This document shows, one piece after another, positions 40,001 to 51,668 of a DNA stretch of 64,000 nt (position 1 is its first letter; each line of letters opens with the position of its first letter). The position numbers and the translations under genes were made by a program. The notes below the pieces were generated by a model. It ran no database searches. It saw nothing but the letters and a program-made list of their open reading frames with translations, and was not told the origin of the DNA. Origin of the DNA: Pseudovirgaria hyperparasitica (lineage: Eukaryota); assembly GCA_010093815.1 (NCBI GenBank), contig ML996587.1; one strand, written 5' to 3'.

Positions 40001-41633
40001 ATGGTCCATATAGGTCTATTATAGTTCCCGTCCTAACAGCTTTCTAATAAAGAAATAGTAGATATACTAAGTAACTTCTAATAATATAAAGTTAGATAAT
40101 AAGTTATAACGGAGCTATATAAGGTATTATAATAAACTATTACTAAACTATAGAAGTATATTACTAATTAAGTCTAGAAGATTTAGATTCTTAAAGAATA
40201 GACTAAATATATAAAACTCCTTATAAAGAGATAAGAACTTAAGAAGTCTCTTAAAGAACTATACTAAATAATAGTAGATAAATAACTTTCTATACTAATT
40301 TAGATAGAATTAGTTTACCTACTACTAGAGTTATAATAATCTACTATAATTCTAGCTACTTCATTACTAACTTACTCTATTCTATCTCTAGATATACTAA
40401 AATCTAAAGATCTAACTATATTTATAGAGAAGAACTAAAAGAAGTAGAAAGACTAGAAGAGAAACTATAAAAAGTACTTCCTTAATAACCCTCTACTCTT
40501 TTCTACTAAAGTATAATATATTTTATTTAGAGAATAATACCTAGACTTATAATTCTATAATTAATAGAATAGATAGAAAGAAGTATAGCTACTATCTATA
40601 ATAACCTAGGAATATTTAGCTATATTTATACTAAATACCCTTAGAATAGATAGAGAATATAAAAGAAAGATACTATTAGAGTTAAGAAGTATAGTATAAT
40701 AACTAAACTAGATATCTACTTAACTACTATAATATCTATAAAACCTATAGAATAATATCTCTACGCTATAGAAAAATATTTATATATTCTAGTTTTATAA
40801 AGTACTACTTCTATTAATCTATAAAAGACTAGAAATAGTACTATTAAGTTTTAACTATCTATATAAACTAGAGAAGAAAGCTAATAAATACTACTATATT
40901 CTTAAGAAATATAGCTCTCTAGATAAAACTAATAAACTCTATATAGATTAGAAATAAGGTTAATTAAATATATTTAATTAAGAGTAATCTTACTATAATT
41001 AGTACTAGAAGAGTATAAATTAGAGTAGAAACGTATTAAGAGAATACTAAAATAATTAAGATAGTACTTCTTAATATAGAAAAGAATAAAATATAGACTT
41101 AAATATAATATCTATTATAAAATAGTAGGATTATAGTATACTTTATTACTATAAGTATAGAGAAATAGAATATATTTTATCTAACTATAAGAATCTAAAA
41201 AAAGAATAGACTAGTATATAAGATCTAACTATATTCTTAGCTAAATTATATATACTTAGAAGAAGCTATAGTATCTTCTAGTAAGTAAAGATCTAATATT
41301 ACTAAAAATATTATTACCTATAGTAAATAGTAATAAAACTATATAGACTCTTATAGATACTAGTATAGAAGATAACTATATTTTATTAATTCTCGTAAAG
41401 AAGTATAGATTATTATATAACCTTAGTAAAGTTAGCCGAACTATTATAGTTAATAAATATAAAGTTAGAACTTTAGATAAAGCTATAATAAATTATAAAG
41501 TTTATAACTTAAATATAATAAAATAGTAGATATCTAATAAATTTATTATAGCTAATATTAGCTAATAGAATATAATTCTAGGGATACCTTAGCTTAAACG
41601 CCTAAACTCTATCCTTGATTTTTAGAAGGAGAT

Positions 41634-44600
41634 TGTAAGAATAGGGTTATTAGATAGTAGTATAGTTAGATAGAATAATGGGGTGTATTCTATCATAGAA
41701 CGAATTACTACCGAACCTTTTTAGTAGGAATCTAAGAGTATATATATAAAGGGACGCCGATCTATCTAGCACGTGACTGTTTACCGCCCTTCACGTTACC
41801 TCCTAACTCTATTAGCTAAGGTACATATAGATTGGGTCCTACCTAAGACTAAGTTCTAATAATTATCCCTTCCCTCTAGAAAGCTACTCTTAGCGACCTA
41901 GATCGTTATCTATCTCTATATCCCTATTCTAAGTCTCGTAAGACCTTAGTCGTTCTCTATGCTTCGTCTTAGATACTTACTAATATTCACCGATCTAAGA
42001 TTTATATAAGTATTTTCCTAATAAACTAGATTTTATCTATCTTAACTTCTTACATAGGTAAGATTACCTAATTAGGCCTAGCGTATCACGTAATATGATT
42101 AGGTAAGCCCGGGTACTACCTATATTAAAATCTTTTCTTAGAAATATTCCTTTCTTTAAAAAACTTCTTAACTCTTTATAGAGTTTTTTAGATTATTAGA
42201 TATATTACCCAATCCTTATAGACATAGATTTATATAGATTTACTATAATTTAGTGCGATTTACGTAATTTACTAATTTTCGTACCGTCCTTAGCTAGTAA
42301 TAATATAATTCGTAATAATCTATATAAATTAATAATAATCTTAATATAGTTTCCCGAAATCTCGACGCTCTAAAGTAATTAGTACGGAAATAGGCGCCTT
42401 CGAATAATCCCTATCTTGTATACGTTACCGATATGTTAAAAGCTATTAATCTACTCTAACCTAGGCCGGGCTCTAATAATCTAGCTATATATTATTATAG
42501 TTATTACTTTCCGTTATATATTACTTATAGCGGTACTAAATCTATAATATATAGTACTTATATAACTAAGAAGCGTTATTACTTATAGGTATTTAAGTAA
42601 GTTTAAAGAACTTTACGTAGATTTACTTATATTAGTATAGATTACTACTAGGCCTCTAGTAACCCCTACTAATAAGAAGCATAGTACTACCAATCACAAC
42701 GCCTTAGAGAAGGCTTTCTACGAGCTATATATCTAAGGTAAGGGTTACGCCTAGGAGTACGATTCTAATAAGATCCGTAAGGATTTATCGGAATCTACTA
42801 TAGCTATTATTACCGCGATTACTAGGTAATATCGTTTTTCTTAAATTATTATAGATTCTTACTAATATATATTAATCTCTATAATAGTGCTAAAATCTCT
42901 ACTACTTTGGACTTCTTTCTATATACTAGCGATATTAGAATTTCTAGAAAAGGTTCTAGTAAAAAGGCTAAGGTTCCTTCCTCGCGCGTGCTAAAGAGCC
43001 GTAAATTTAGGAAAGATAGCTCTAATCTAGAAGTTTCTATACTAAAGGTATGTGGTTCTATACCGATCGTTAAATCTTTTCGCTAATTTATGTAATTCTT
43101 AGCGTGCCTACGCCGGTCCGTCCCTCTCCGTCCCGGGTCCCGCCGCTCTATAGGTTTCTATAGAGGAGTTTATAGCTATAAGACGCGCTATATAGAATTT
43201 ATAGCGTTAGAACGAAAGGCTAGAGACTTATATTATAAAGCTCTATACTATGCTAAATAAGAACTAGCGGAAGGAATTAGATATAACTATCGCGGTAATT
43301 AGTACTTCTACTCCTACTCTAACTTAATTAGTTTAGATCTATATAGATTAGTACTAATATATCTCTTTTATCTAGCGTTTTTAGTTTTTCGGTTTTAATT
43401 TTAAAGCGATCTTACTTCTTCTAGATAGATTAGTGCGAGTTTATATAGATCTATATAGATCTTTATATTTTCTTTTAGCTTTCTTAATTTTATCTTTCTT
43501 TAATAATAACTTCTTTAATCTCTTTAGTGATCTATACCGATCTATACCGATTAGCACCGATTTTCGATGTCCATTTCTCTTAGTAAATCATTTTTCTAAG
43601 TCTCTTTTTTAGTTAAATTTTTTAAAGTTCTAAGTTTAAACTTTCTAAGGAAGTTCCTTAATTCCTTAGAATATTTTAAAGATCTATATCTCTTTTACCT
43701 TCTTCCTTTTAGGCGGCCGTCCTCGGCGCTAAACTATACTAAAAAACGTTGAATCGCCGTACTTTAGTATAATTCTCTACGATTCCGCGGCTTCCTTTGC
43801 TAATCGCTACTTATATACTAATATCGCTGCTTTACTAATATTTATTATAGGTTTCTAAGTATCTTTATTAGAATTATATCCTTTCTAATGAATTTTATAT
43901 AGCCACGTGCTATCTTTAGCGCGTTACTAGCTAAGTATCTACTTAACTTCGTAGATATCTATACCTTCTTACGTAACTACTTTATATAGTATCTATTCGG
44001 AACGATCCGGTAATAATAAGGCATGAAATAGCTCGAGAAGCGTAATATAGAATATATTATATATCTTTAACGTAGGAGGGAGTTACAACTCGTACGCCTG
44101 GTTATTAATTATACGAGTAATCTTGTATAGACCTATTATTATATAGTTAAGCTTCTTCTTTGGCCTAATACTATAAATATTCTTACTATTTAGTAAAACT
44201 TTATCCCTAACATTAAAGATTATGGGTTTTCTACCCTTATTATAGTATGATTTACTATAATTCGTAGTATCTTATAGTAACTTTATAACGCTTCTTTACG
44301 TTTAGAATAGTTCTATAGTAATTTCTATTACTTTAACGTTAGGTTATTCTACTTTAAACTAAGTCCCTAAGAACTACGTATTATAGTTCTAACCGAAGTT
44401 TACTTCGAACGGACTTACGTAGGTTAACGCATGTCGGCTATTATTATACGCGAATTCCGCGATATAGACTAACCTTATCTAGTTATCCTACTTATAGTTA
44501 TAATATATACGTAAATACGCCTCGACTATCTAATTCTACCACTCTATCTATCTATCTATTTATAGGTGGAACGTAGTACTAAGTTTCCGCTTAATTCCTA

Positions 44601-47600
44601 GCGTATAGTAGAAATCCTTCTAAAATTTAGACGTTATCTACGGACCTCTATCCGAAACTATACCGTTTAGTATACTATAGAGCCGGACTACGTCACGGAG
44701 TAGTATATCTATAAGATCTAGTACTTAGATCGTCTTCCTTATAGGGATATAGTATAATATCTTTATAAATCTATCTAGAACTACGAGTAAACTATCATAA
44801 ATATACCTAGAATACTTACTTAGGGGTAGATCTATAATGAAATCCATCGATAATTCCTTCTATACCTCCTTTAGTATAGGTAATGGCCTTAATTTACTAT
44901 ATAGTAAGTGTCTATATACTTTCGTATACTGGTAAACGTTATACGTTTTTACGTAGTCTTTTATATATTTATAAAGACCCGGCTAGTTATACGTCCTTCG
45001 GATTAAATCGACCGTCCTTATAACGCTAAAGTACCCTACTAACGCGTAATCGTACTATTCCCTTAAAATATTAATTCGTAAGCCGCCTTCCGGCATATAG
45101 AGTCGGCCTTAGAAGTAGATCGCGTCTAATCGTCGTTCCTACCTTAATAACCATAGCGGATCTATAGCACTTCCTTTTATACTTATGACTTTCTTTACTA
45201 ATATATTAGAATTCTAGGTAGATTTAATTAAGTCTTTGAGGGTTTTCTTAGTTTCTTAGATGTTTATTTAAATTACTTAATACCCGCTCTAATTCCCGTG
45301 GAGAATCGCCGAAAGTGTCCTAGCTTCTAGTATTCTATTAGATAACTAGTCTTATAGTATCTAAAGTATAGTATAGTCTAACTTGCACTAACTATCTGCG
45401 TTATTCTATGACGATTTCTTATAATCTTTACGCCGCGATAGAGGATTAGCTTTATTCTCTCTTCTAGCTTTATATAAGATTTTAAAGTTAAATATTAATA
45501 TCTACTAAGCCTAATATACTTATTGGCGATTAAGGACCTTGGTCGATATAAAGTAACGTAGATTTACGTAATCCGATAATAATTCGATCTAATATATAGA
45601 GTCTTCTAAATAATATCGCTATTACTTAAAACTCTTAATAATTATAAGTAGTTTCTAGTCGTGCGTGTTATAACGCGTCTCTATATCCGCCATTTTATAA
45701 GAAAAGAAAGCGACCGGGTACTATTATACCTTATCTTTCGTATCTTTATACGGTTAACTAATAATTCTAGTAATTACGAATTCTAACGCGTTAGTTTCGA
45801 CCTAAATATACTTCTTAGAATCGAAATACCTAAGAATCGGCGTAGTTATAAAGTAATTCTTTAACGATTGGAACGTATCTCGCGCTTCCGGCGTTAACTA
45901 TATCTCGACCGACTTAGCTTTACGCTATACTCGCCTACCTATAGGGATTTTACCGCTATTCTCTATAAGTTTATTAAGCGACGCCGTAATTCGTAAGAAG
46001 TCTATAATAAATTTACGATAATAGTTTACGAAACCTATGAATATTCTAATTTAACGTATAGTAGTAGGTTCTAGCCATTCCATGATGGTCTTTATACGCT
46101 CCGGCTCTATTTTTAGGCCGCCATATATCATAATAAAGCCAAGAAACCCAACTTCTTATTAGTAAAACTCGCATTTAGATAATTTTATATAGAGTTTATA
46201 CTACCTTAGACGATTTAGTACCGATTTCACGTGTTCTTTATAATCCTTTATACTATCGGAGTAAATTAGTATATTATCGAGATAAACTACGTAAATTATA
46301 TTAAGTAATCCTACGAGTATAGTATTAATATATCCTTAAAACGCTCCTAGCGTATTTATTAGCCTGAATGGCATAATAGTATACTTAAAATAACTATATC
46401 TAGTCCGAAATGCGGTTTTCTACTTATCTCCGTAACGAATTCGAAGTTAGTAATATATATCTTATAAATCTAGCTTCGTAAAGTACTTTACCTTCGTTAA
46501 TTAGTCTAAAGATTTACTAACTAGCGGTAATAGGTAACGATTCTTCTTAGTCACCGTATTTAGTGCCTGATAGTCAACGTATAGATATAAACTTCTATCT
46601 TTCTTCTTTATAAAGAGAATAGGTACGCCGGCCGATAACGTACTATAACGTATCTAGTCTCTTTCGAGGTATTCTTTAATATATTTACAAAGAACTTCGA
46701 GTTCTAGTCTCGAAAGTAGGTAAAGTAGGCTATAAGGGACGTCTACTCCCTCTTCGAGCTCGATCTTTAGCTTATATAGCCCGTGATCGGGGAGAAGTAA
46801 TATATCTCCTACCGAAAACATATCCGTATACTACGAATATACGTCGGGTAGCGTGTCTTCGCCCTAATTATTACTATCGTCCTTATCTTTATTAATAATT
46901 AATAAGGACGTAAGATAGATTAGTAATAATCGGGTCCGCACGGCGAGGTTCCATGCCTCCTTACTAATAGTTATAACTTACTAGTATAATTTACCACGGT
47001 GTCGTCGGAACATTAATGTCTCCTTCTAAAAATCGAGGATAGGGTTTAGGCGTCTAAGCTAAGGTATCCCTAGAATTATATTCTATTAGCTAATATTAGC
47101 CACGATAAATTTATTAGATATCTACTATTTTATTATCTTTAAGTTATAAACTTCGTAATTTATTATAGCTTTACCTAAAGTTCTAACTTTATGTCCATTA
47201 ACTATAATAGTTTAGCTAACTTTACCGAGATCGTACGATAATCTACACTCCTTTATAAGAATCGACGAAATATAGTTATCTTCTATACTAGTATCCACGA
47301 GGGCCTATATAGTTTTATTACTATTTACTATGGGTAACGATACTTTTAGTAATATTAGGTCTTTACTCGCTAGAAGGCGCTACGGCTCCTCCTAAGTATA
47401 TATAATTTAGCTAAGGATATAGTTAGATCTCATGTACTAGCCTATTCTTTTTTTAGATTCTTATAGTTAGGTAAAATATATTCTATTTCTCTATACTTAT
47501 AGTAATGAAGTACGCTATAATCCTACTATTTTATAATAGGCGTTATATTTAAGCCTATGCCTTATCCTTTTCCGCGTTAAGAAGCACCGCCTCGATTATT

Positions 47601-49017
47601 TTAGTGTCCTCTTAACGCGTTTCTACCCTGATTTACGCTCTTCTAGCGCTAATCGCGGTAAGGTTACTCTTAATCGAACGTATTTAATCGACCTCGTTTC
47701 TAACCCGTGTAGGGTTCGTCGGTTTTACCTAGAGAGCCACGTTCCTTAAGGATGCGGTAGTATTTATTAGCTTTCTTCTCTAATTTATATAGATAGTTAA
47801 AACTTAATAATACTATTCCTAGTCTTTCGCGGATTAACGGAAGTAGTACTTCGCGAAACTAGAATATACGAATATTTTTCTATAGCGTAGGGATATTATT
47901 CTATAGGTTTTAGAGATATTATAGTAGTTAAGTAGATGTCTAGTTCGGTCGTTATACCACGCTTCTTAACTTAGATAGTGCCTTTCTTTCACGTTCTCTA
48001 TCCGTTCCGAGGGTGTTTAGTATAAATATAGCTAAATGTTCCTAGGTTATCGTAGATAGTAGCTATACTTCCTTCTATCTATCCTATTAATTATAGGATT
48101 ATAAGCCTAGATATCGTTCTCCAAACGAAATGCGTTATACTTTAGTAGAAAAGAGTAGAGGGTTATCGAGGAAGTACTTTTCGTAGTCTCTCTTCTAGTC
48201 TTTCTACTTCTTTTAGTTCTTCCCTATAAATATAGTCGGGTCTTTAGATTTCGGTATACCTAGGGAAGGAGTAGGGTAAATCGGTAACGAAGCGGCCGGG
48301 TATACGGTAGATTATTATAACTCTAATGGTAGGTAAACTAATTCCGCCTGAATTAGTATAGGAAGTCGTCTACCTACTATCGTTCGGCGTAGTTCTTTAA
48401 GAGACTCCTTAAGTTCTTATCTCTTTATAAGGAGTTTCGCGCATTCTACCTATTCTTTAAGGGTTTAAATCTCTCGAGCCTAATTCGCGACGTATTCCTA
48501 AAGTTCGGCGATAGTTTATTATAATACCTTACGTGGCTCTACCACGACTTATTATCCGGCTTTATATTATTAGAAGTTACTCGGCGTATCTACCATTTCT
48601 TCGTCTAAAAGCTCCGTGATTTAGTCTAATATTTCCACTTCTCGGTTAGAAACGGCCGGGATTAATACTAATTATAGAGGATCCCTATTATTTAATATAG
48701 TATTACTTATCCCTATAGTGGATCGTGTCGACCTTCTCGGTTCTAGTTAGACTATCTTAACTATAGTACTATATAGGGAGTAATTCGAATATAAGAATAG
48801 GGTTATTAGATAGTAGTATAGTTAGATAGAATAATAGGGTGTATTCTATTATAGAACGAATTACTACCAAACCTTTTCGGTAGGAATCCGAGAGTATATA
48901 CATAAAGGGACGCCGATCTATCTAGTACGTGACTATTTACCGCCCTTCACGTCACCTTCTAACCCTGTTAGCTAAGGTATATGTAGGTTGGGTCCTACCT
49001 AAGGCTAAGTCCTAACA
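41634..49017 (-). mobile_element. Complete Ty3/Gypsy chromovirus family A (7384 bp; LTRs 41634-41861 and 48790-49017), inserted in reverse into another family A copy
   Basis: TSD GAGAT (41629-41633 and 49018-49022), TG...CA termini and 228-bp LTRs. PPT next to 41862. RT V-Y-L-D-N-I-L-I-Y-S at ~46258-46290. Chromodomain Y-E-V...L-Y-K-I-H-W-K-G-Y...D-T-W at ~43845-43955. Confidence 0.96.
42294..43327 (+). pseudogene. Antisense multi-exon accessory gene of Gypsy A (Zn2Cys6-like motif, basic linker, C-terminal coiled coil), RIP-mutated
   Basis: Three phase-consistent introns: 42589-42640, 42826-42887 (GTAATA...TACTAAT...TAG) and 43048-43102 (GTATGT...GCTAAT...TAG). Exon 42888-43047 has no stop. 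The last exon reads ...SIEEFIAIRRAIQNLQRQNERLE.... The 5' boundary is approximate. Confidence 0.72.
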
Positions 49018-49502
49018 GAGATATTAACGTTCTAATAATATTATAGTAAACTATACTAGTAAGTTATAACTATTAGTAAGGAGATATAGAACCTTACTAT
49101 ATAGATCTAATTATTACTAATCTATCTTATATTCTTATTAATTATTAATAAAGATAAGAATAATAGTAATAATTAGAGTAAAGATATACTACCTAGCGTA
49201 TATTTATAGTATATAGATATATTTTTAGTAGGAGATATATTACTTCTCTCTAATTATAGACTATATAAGCTAAAGATTAAGCTTAAAGAGAAAGTAGATA
49301 TCCCTTATAGTCTACTTTATCTACTTTTAAGACTAGAACTTAAAGTTCTTTATAAATATATTAAAGAATACCTTAGAAGAGACTAGATATATTATAGTAT
49401 ATTATCGGCTAGTATATCTATTCTCTTTATAAAGAAGAAAGATAGAAGTTTATATCTATATATTAACTATTAGATACTAAATATAATAACTAAGAAGAAT
49501 TA

Positions 49503-51482
49503 TTATCTATTACTACTAGTTAGTAAATCTTTAGACTAATTAATAAAGGTAAAGTACTTTATAAAGCTAGATTTATAAGATATATATTACTAGCTTTAAA
49601 TTTATTATAGAGATAAGTAGAAAACTATATTTCGGACTAGATATAGTTACTTTAAGTATACTATTATACTATTTAGACTAATAAATATACTAGAAGCGTT
49701 TTAAGAATATATTAATACTATACTTATAGAATTGGCCAGGTGGCGTAGTGGTAGTGTGCTACGTTACTAGAAGCGTTTATTATCTAACGTCGTGGGTTCG
49801 AATCCTATAACGGCCACCTTTTTATACACTAGTTTTCGCACGCTCTATTAAAAAGTGTGCGGGGCTAAGCGAGCACATAACGTGAAGGTTACCGTTACAT
49901 GACTACTTAGTCCTAAGCGACCATTAGGTAATGTGAAAATAACTATACCATCATTATATAATAAGAATTACCTAATATAGCTACCTACTAAGCTACCTTA
50001 AGTAGTAGAGCGACGCCTAGAGTAGCTAGACCCATAACTAGCTTAGCTCGAATCATAGAATTTTCACTATATACTAGGGCCTTATCTACCCTAATCCGGC
50101 TTAGCTCGTGCTTACTCCGGCTCGGTAACCACGAAATAGACGGTAATACGTAATTTAGTATCCCGCCTACCTATAGATGATTATATAGCCCCGAAGAATA
50201 ATTTCCGAATTCGGCCTAGCTAGGGTTAGTGCTAAGGCATGGACCTATTAGATATATACCCCCTCCGGCATTAGTCATCTTAATTAATGACTACTACCTA
50301 GCGTAAAGCTATATTCCCATGGATAGGAAAAAACACGGTAACACAGGAATAAAAGATTAGGCCTAGCCTAGCGACCTATCTAATCATAAGAAAGGTAATA
50401 CCTACTATAGTTGGTTAGGGCGTTATTAAGAGCCGGTACTAATATAGTAATAAAAAGCCTAATATAAGGATAAGAAGTAAGTTTATCNNNNNNNNNNTTA
50501 TCTATTACTACTAGTTAGTAAATCTTTAGACTAATTAATAAAGGTAAAGTACTTTATAAAGCTAGATTTATAAGATATATATTACTAGCTTTAAATTTAT
50601 TATAGAGATAAGTAGAAAACTATATTTCGGACTAGATATAGTTACTTTAAGTATACTATTATACTATTTAGACTAATAAATATACTAGAAGCGTTTTAAG
50701 AATATATTAATACTATACTTATAGAATTGGCCAGGTGGCGTAGTGGTAGTGTGCTACGTTACTAGAAGCGTTTATTATCTAACGTCGTGGGTTCGAATCC
50801 TATAACGGCCACCTTTTTATACACTAGTTTTCGCACGCTCTATTAAAAAGTGTGCGGGGCTAAGCGAGCACATAACGTGAAGGTTACCGTTACATGACTA
50901 CTTAGTCCTAAGCGACCATTAGGTAATGTGAAAATAACTATACCATCATTATATAATAAGAATTACCTAATATAGCTACCTACTAAGCTACCTTAAGTAG
51001 TAGAGCGACGCCTAGAGTAGCTAGACCCATAACTAGCTTAGCTCGAATCATAGAATTTTCACTATATACTAGGGCCTTATCTACCCTAATCCGGCTTAGC
51101 TCGTGCTTACTCCGGCTCGGTAACCACGAAATAGACGGTAATACGTAATTTAGTATCCCGCCTACCTATAGATGATTATATAGCCCCGAAGAATAATTTC
51201 CGAATTCGGCCTAGCTAGGGTTAGTGCTAAGGCATGGACCTATTAGATATATACCCCCTCCGGCATTAGTCATCTTAATTAATGACTACTACCTAGCGTA
51301 AAGCTATATTCCCATGGATAGGAAAAAACACGGTAACACAGGAATAAAAGATTAGGCCTAGCCTAGCGACCTATCTAATCATAAGAAAGGTAATACCTAC
51401 TATAGTTGGTTAGGGCGTTATTAAGAGCCGGTACTAATATAGTAATAAAAAGCCTAATATAAGGATAAGAAGTAAGTTTATC
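49503..51482. other. Artefactual ~985-bp direct duplication across a 10-N gap (49503-50487 = 50498-51482)
   Basis: The copies look identical at offset 995 and each ends exactly at the gap 50488-50497. Confidence 0.88.
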
Positions 51483-51668
51483 ACCTAATGGGATTCAAGG
51501 ACTTAGACTAGGCTAGGTTAGGTTAGTAATAGGGTCTAGTTAGGGAGCCAATCACAGGAGGTTTTCTTATATACATAGCAGCCAATACTAGAGGAGGCCT
51601 AAGGCTGTGGAGCATATATATGGCTATATATATAGTTCTTCCTAGTTAAACACTAATATTATTATTAT
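50729..51668 (+). mobile_element. tRNA-headed SINE (~940 bp) with LINE-type tail
   Basis: 15-bp TSD TATACTTATAGAATT (50714-50728 and 51669-51683). A box TGGCGTAGTGG, B box GGTTCGAATCC and an (ATT)n tail. Inserted in the RT of Gypsy A. Confidence 0.88.

Larger units (their letters stand above)
31931..40038 (-). mobile_element. Complete Ty3/Gypsy chromovirus family B (8108 bp; LTRs 31931-32168 and 39801-40038)
   Basis: TSD GCTTT (31926-31930 and 40039-40043), TG...CA termini and 238-bp LTRs. PPT AAAAGAAGAAGGA (minus) next to 32169. RT Y-L-D-N-I-L-I-F-S at ~37235-37260. Chromodomain F-E-V-D...Y-R-I-R-W-K-D-Y...D-T-W-E at ~34745-34855. Confidence 0.96.

Noticed and set aside
49734..50487. Second SINE copy or tandem duplication
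   Set aside because: It is identical to the downstream copy, including the flanking RT sequence, and is bounded by a 10-N gap. An unmerged contig overlap is the best explanation.
50683..50772. 14-bp match TACTAGAAGCGTTT between the SINE head and the adjacent host RT
   Set aside because: The less-mutated RT copy reads CGCTAGGAGCGTTT, so the identity is largely RIP convergence rather than targeting.
50729..50812. Functional tRNA gene
   Set aside because: The acceptor stem pairs only partly, and the sequence lies inside a TSD-bounded retroposed unit within a Gypsy RT. Treated as a SINE head; isotype not assigned.
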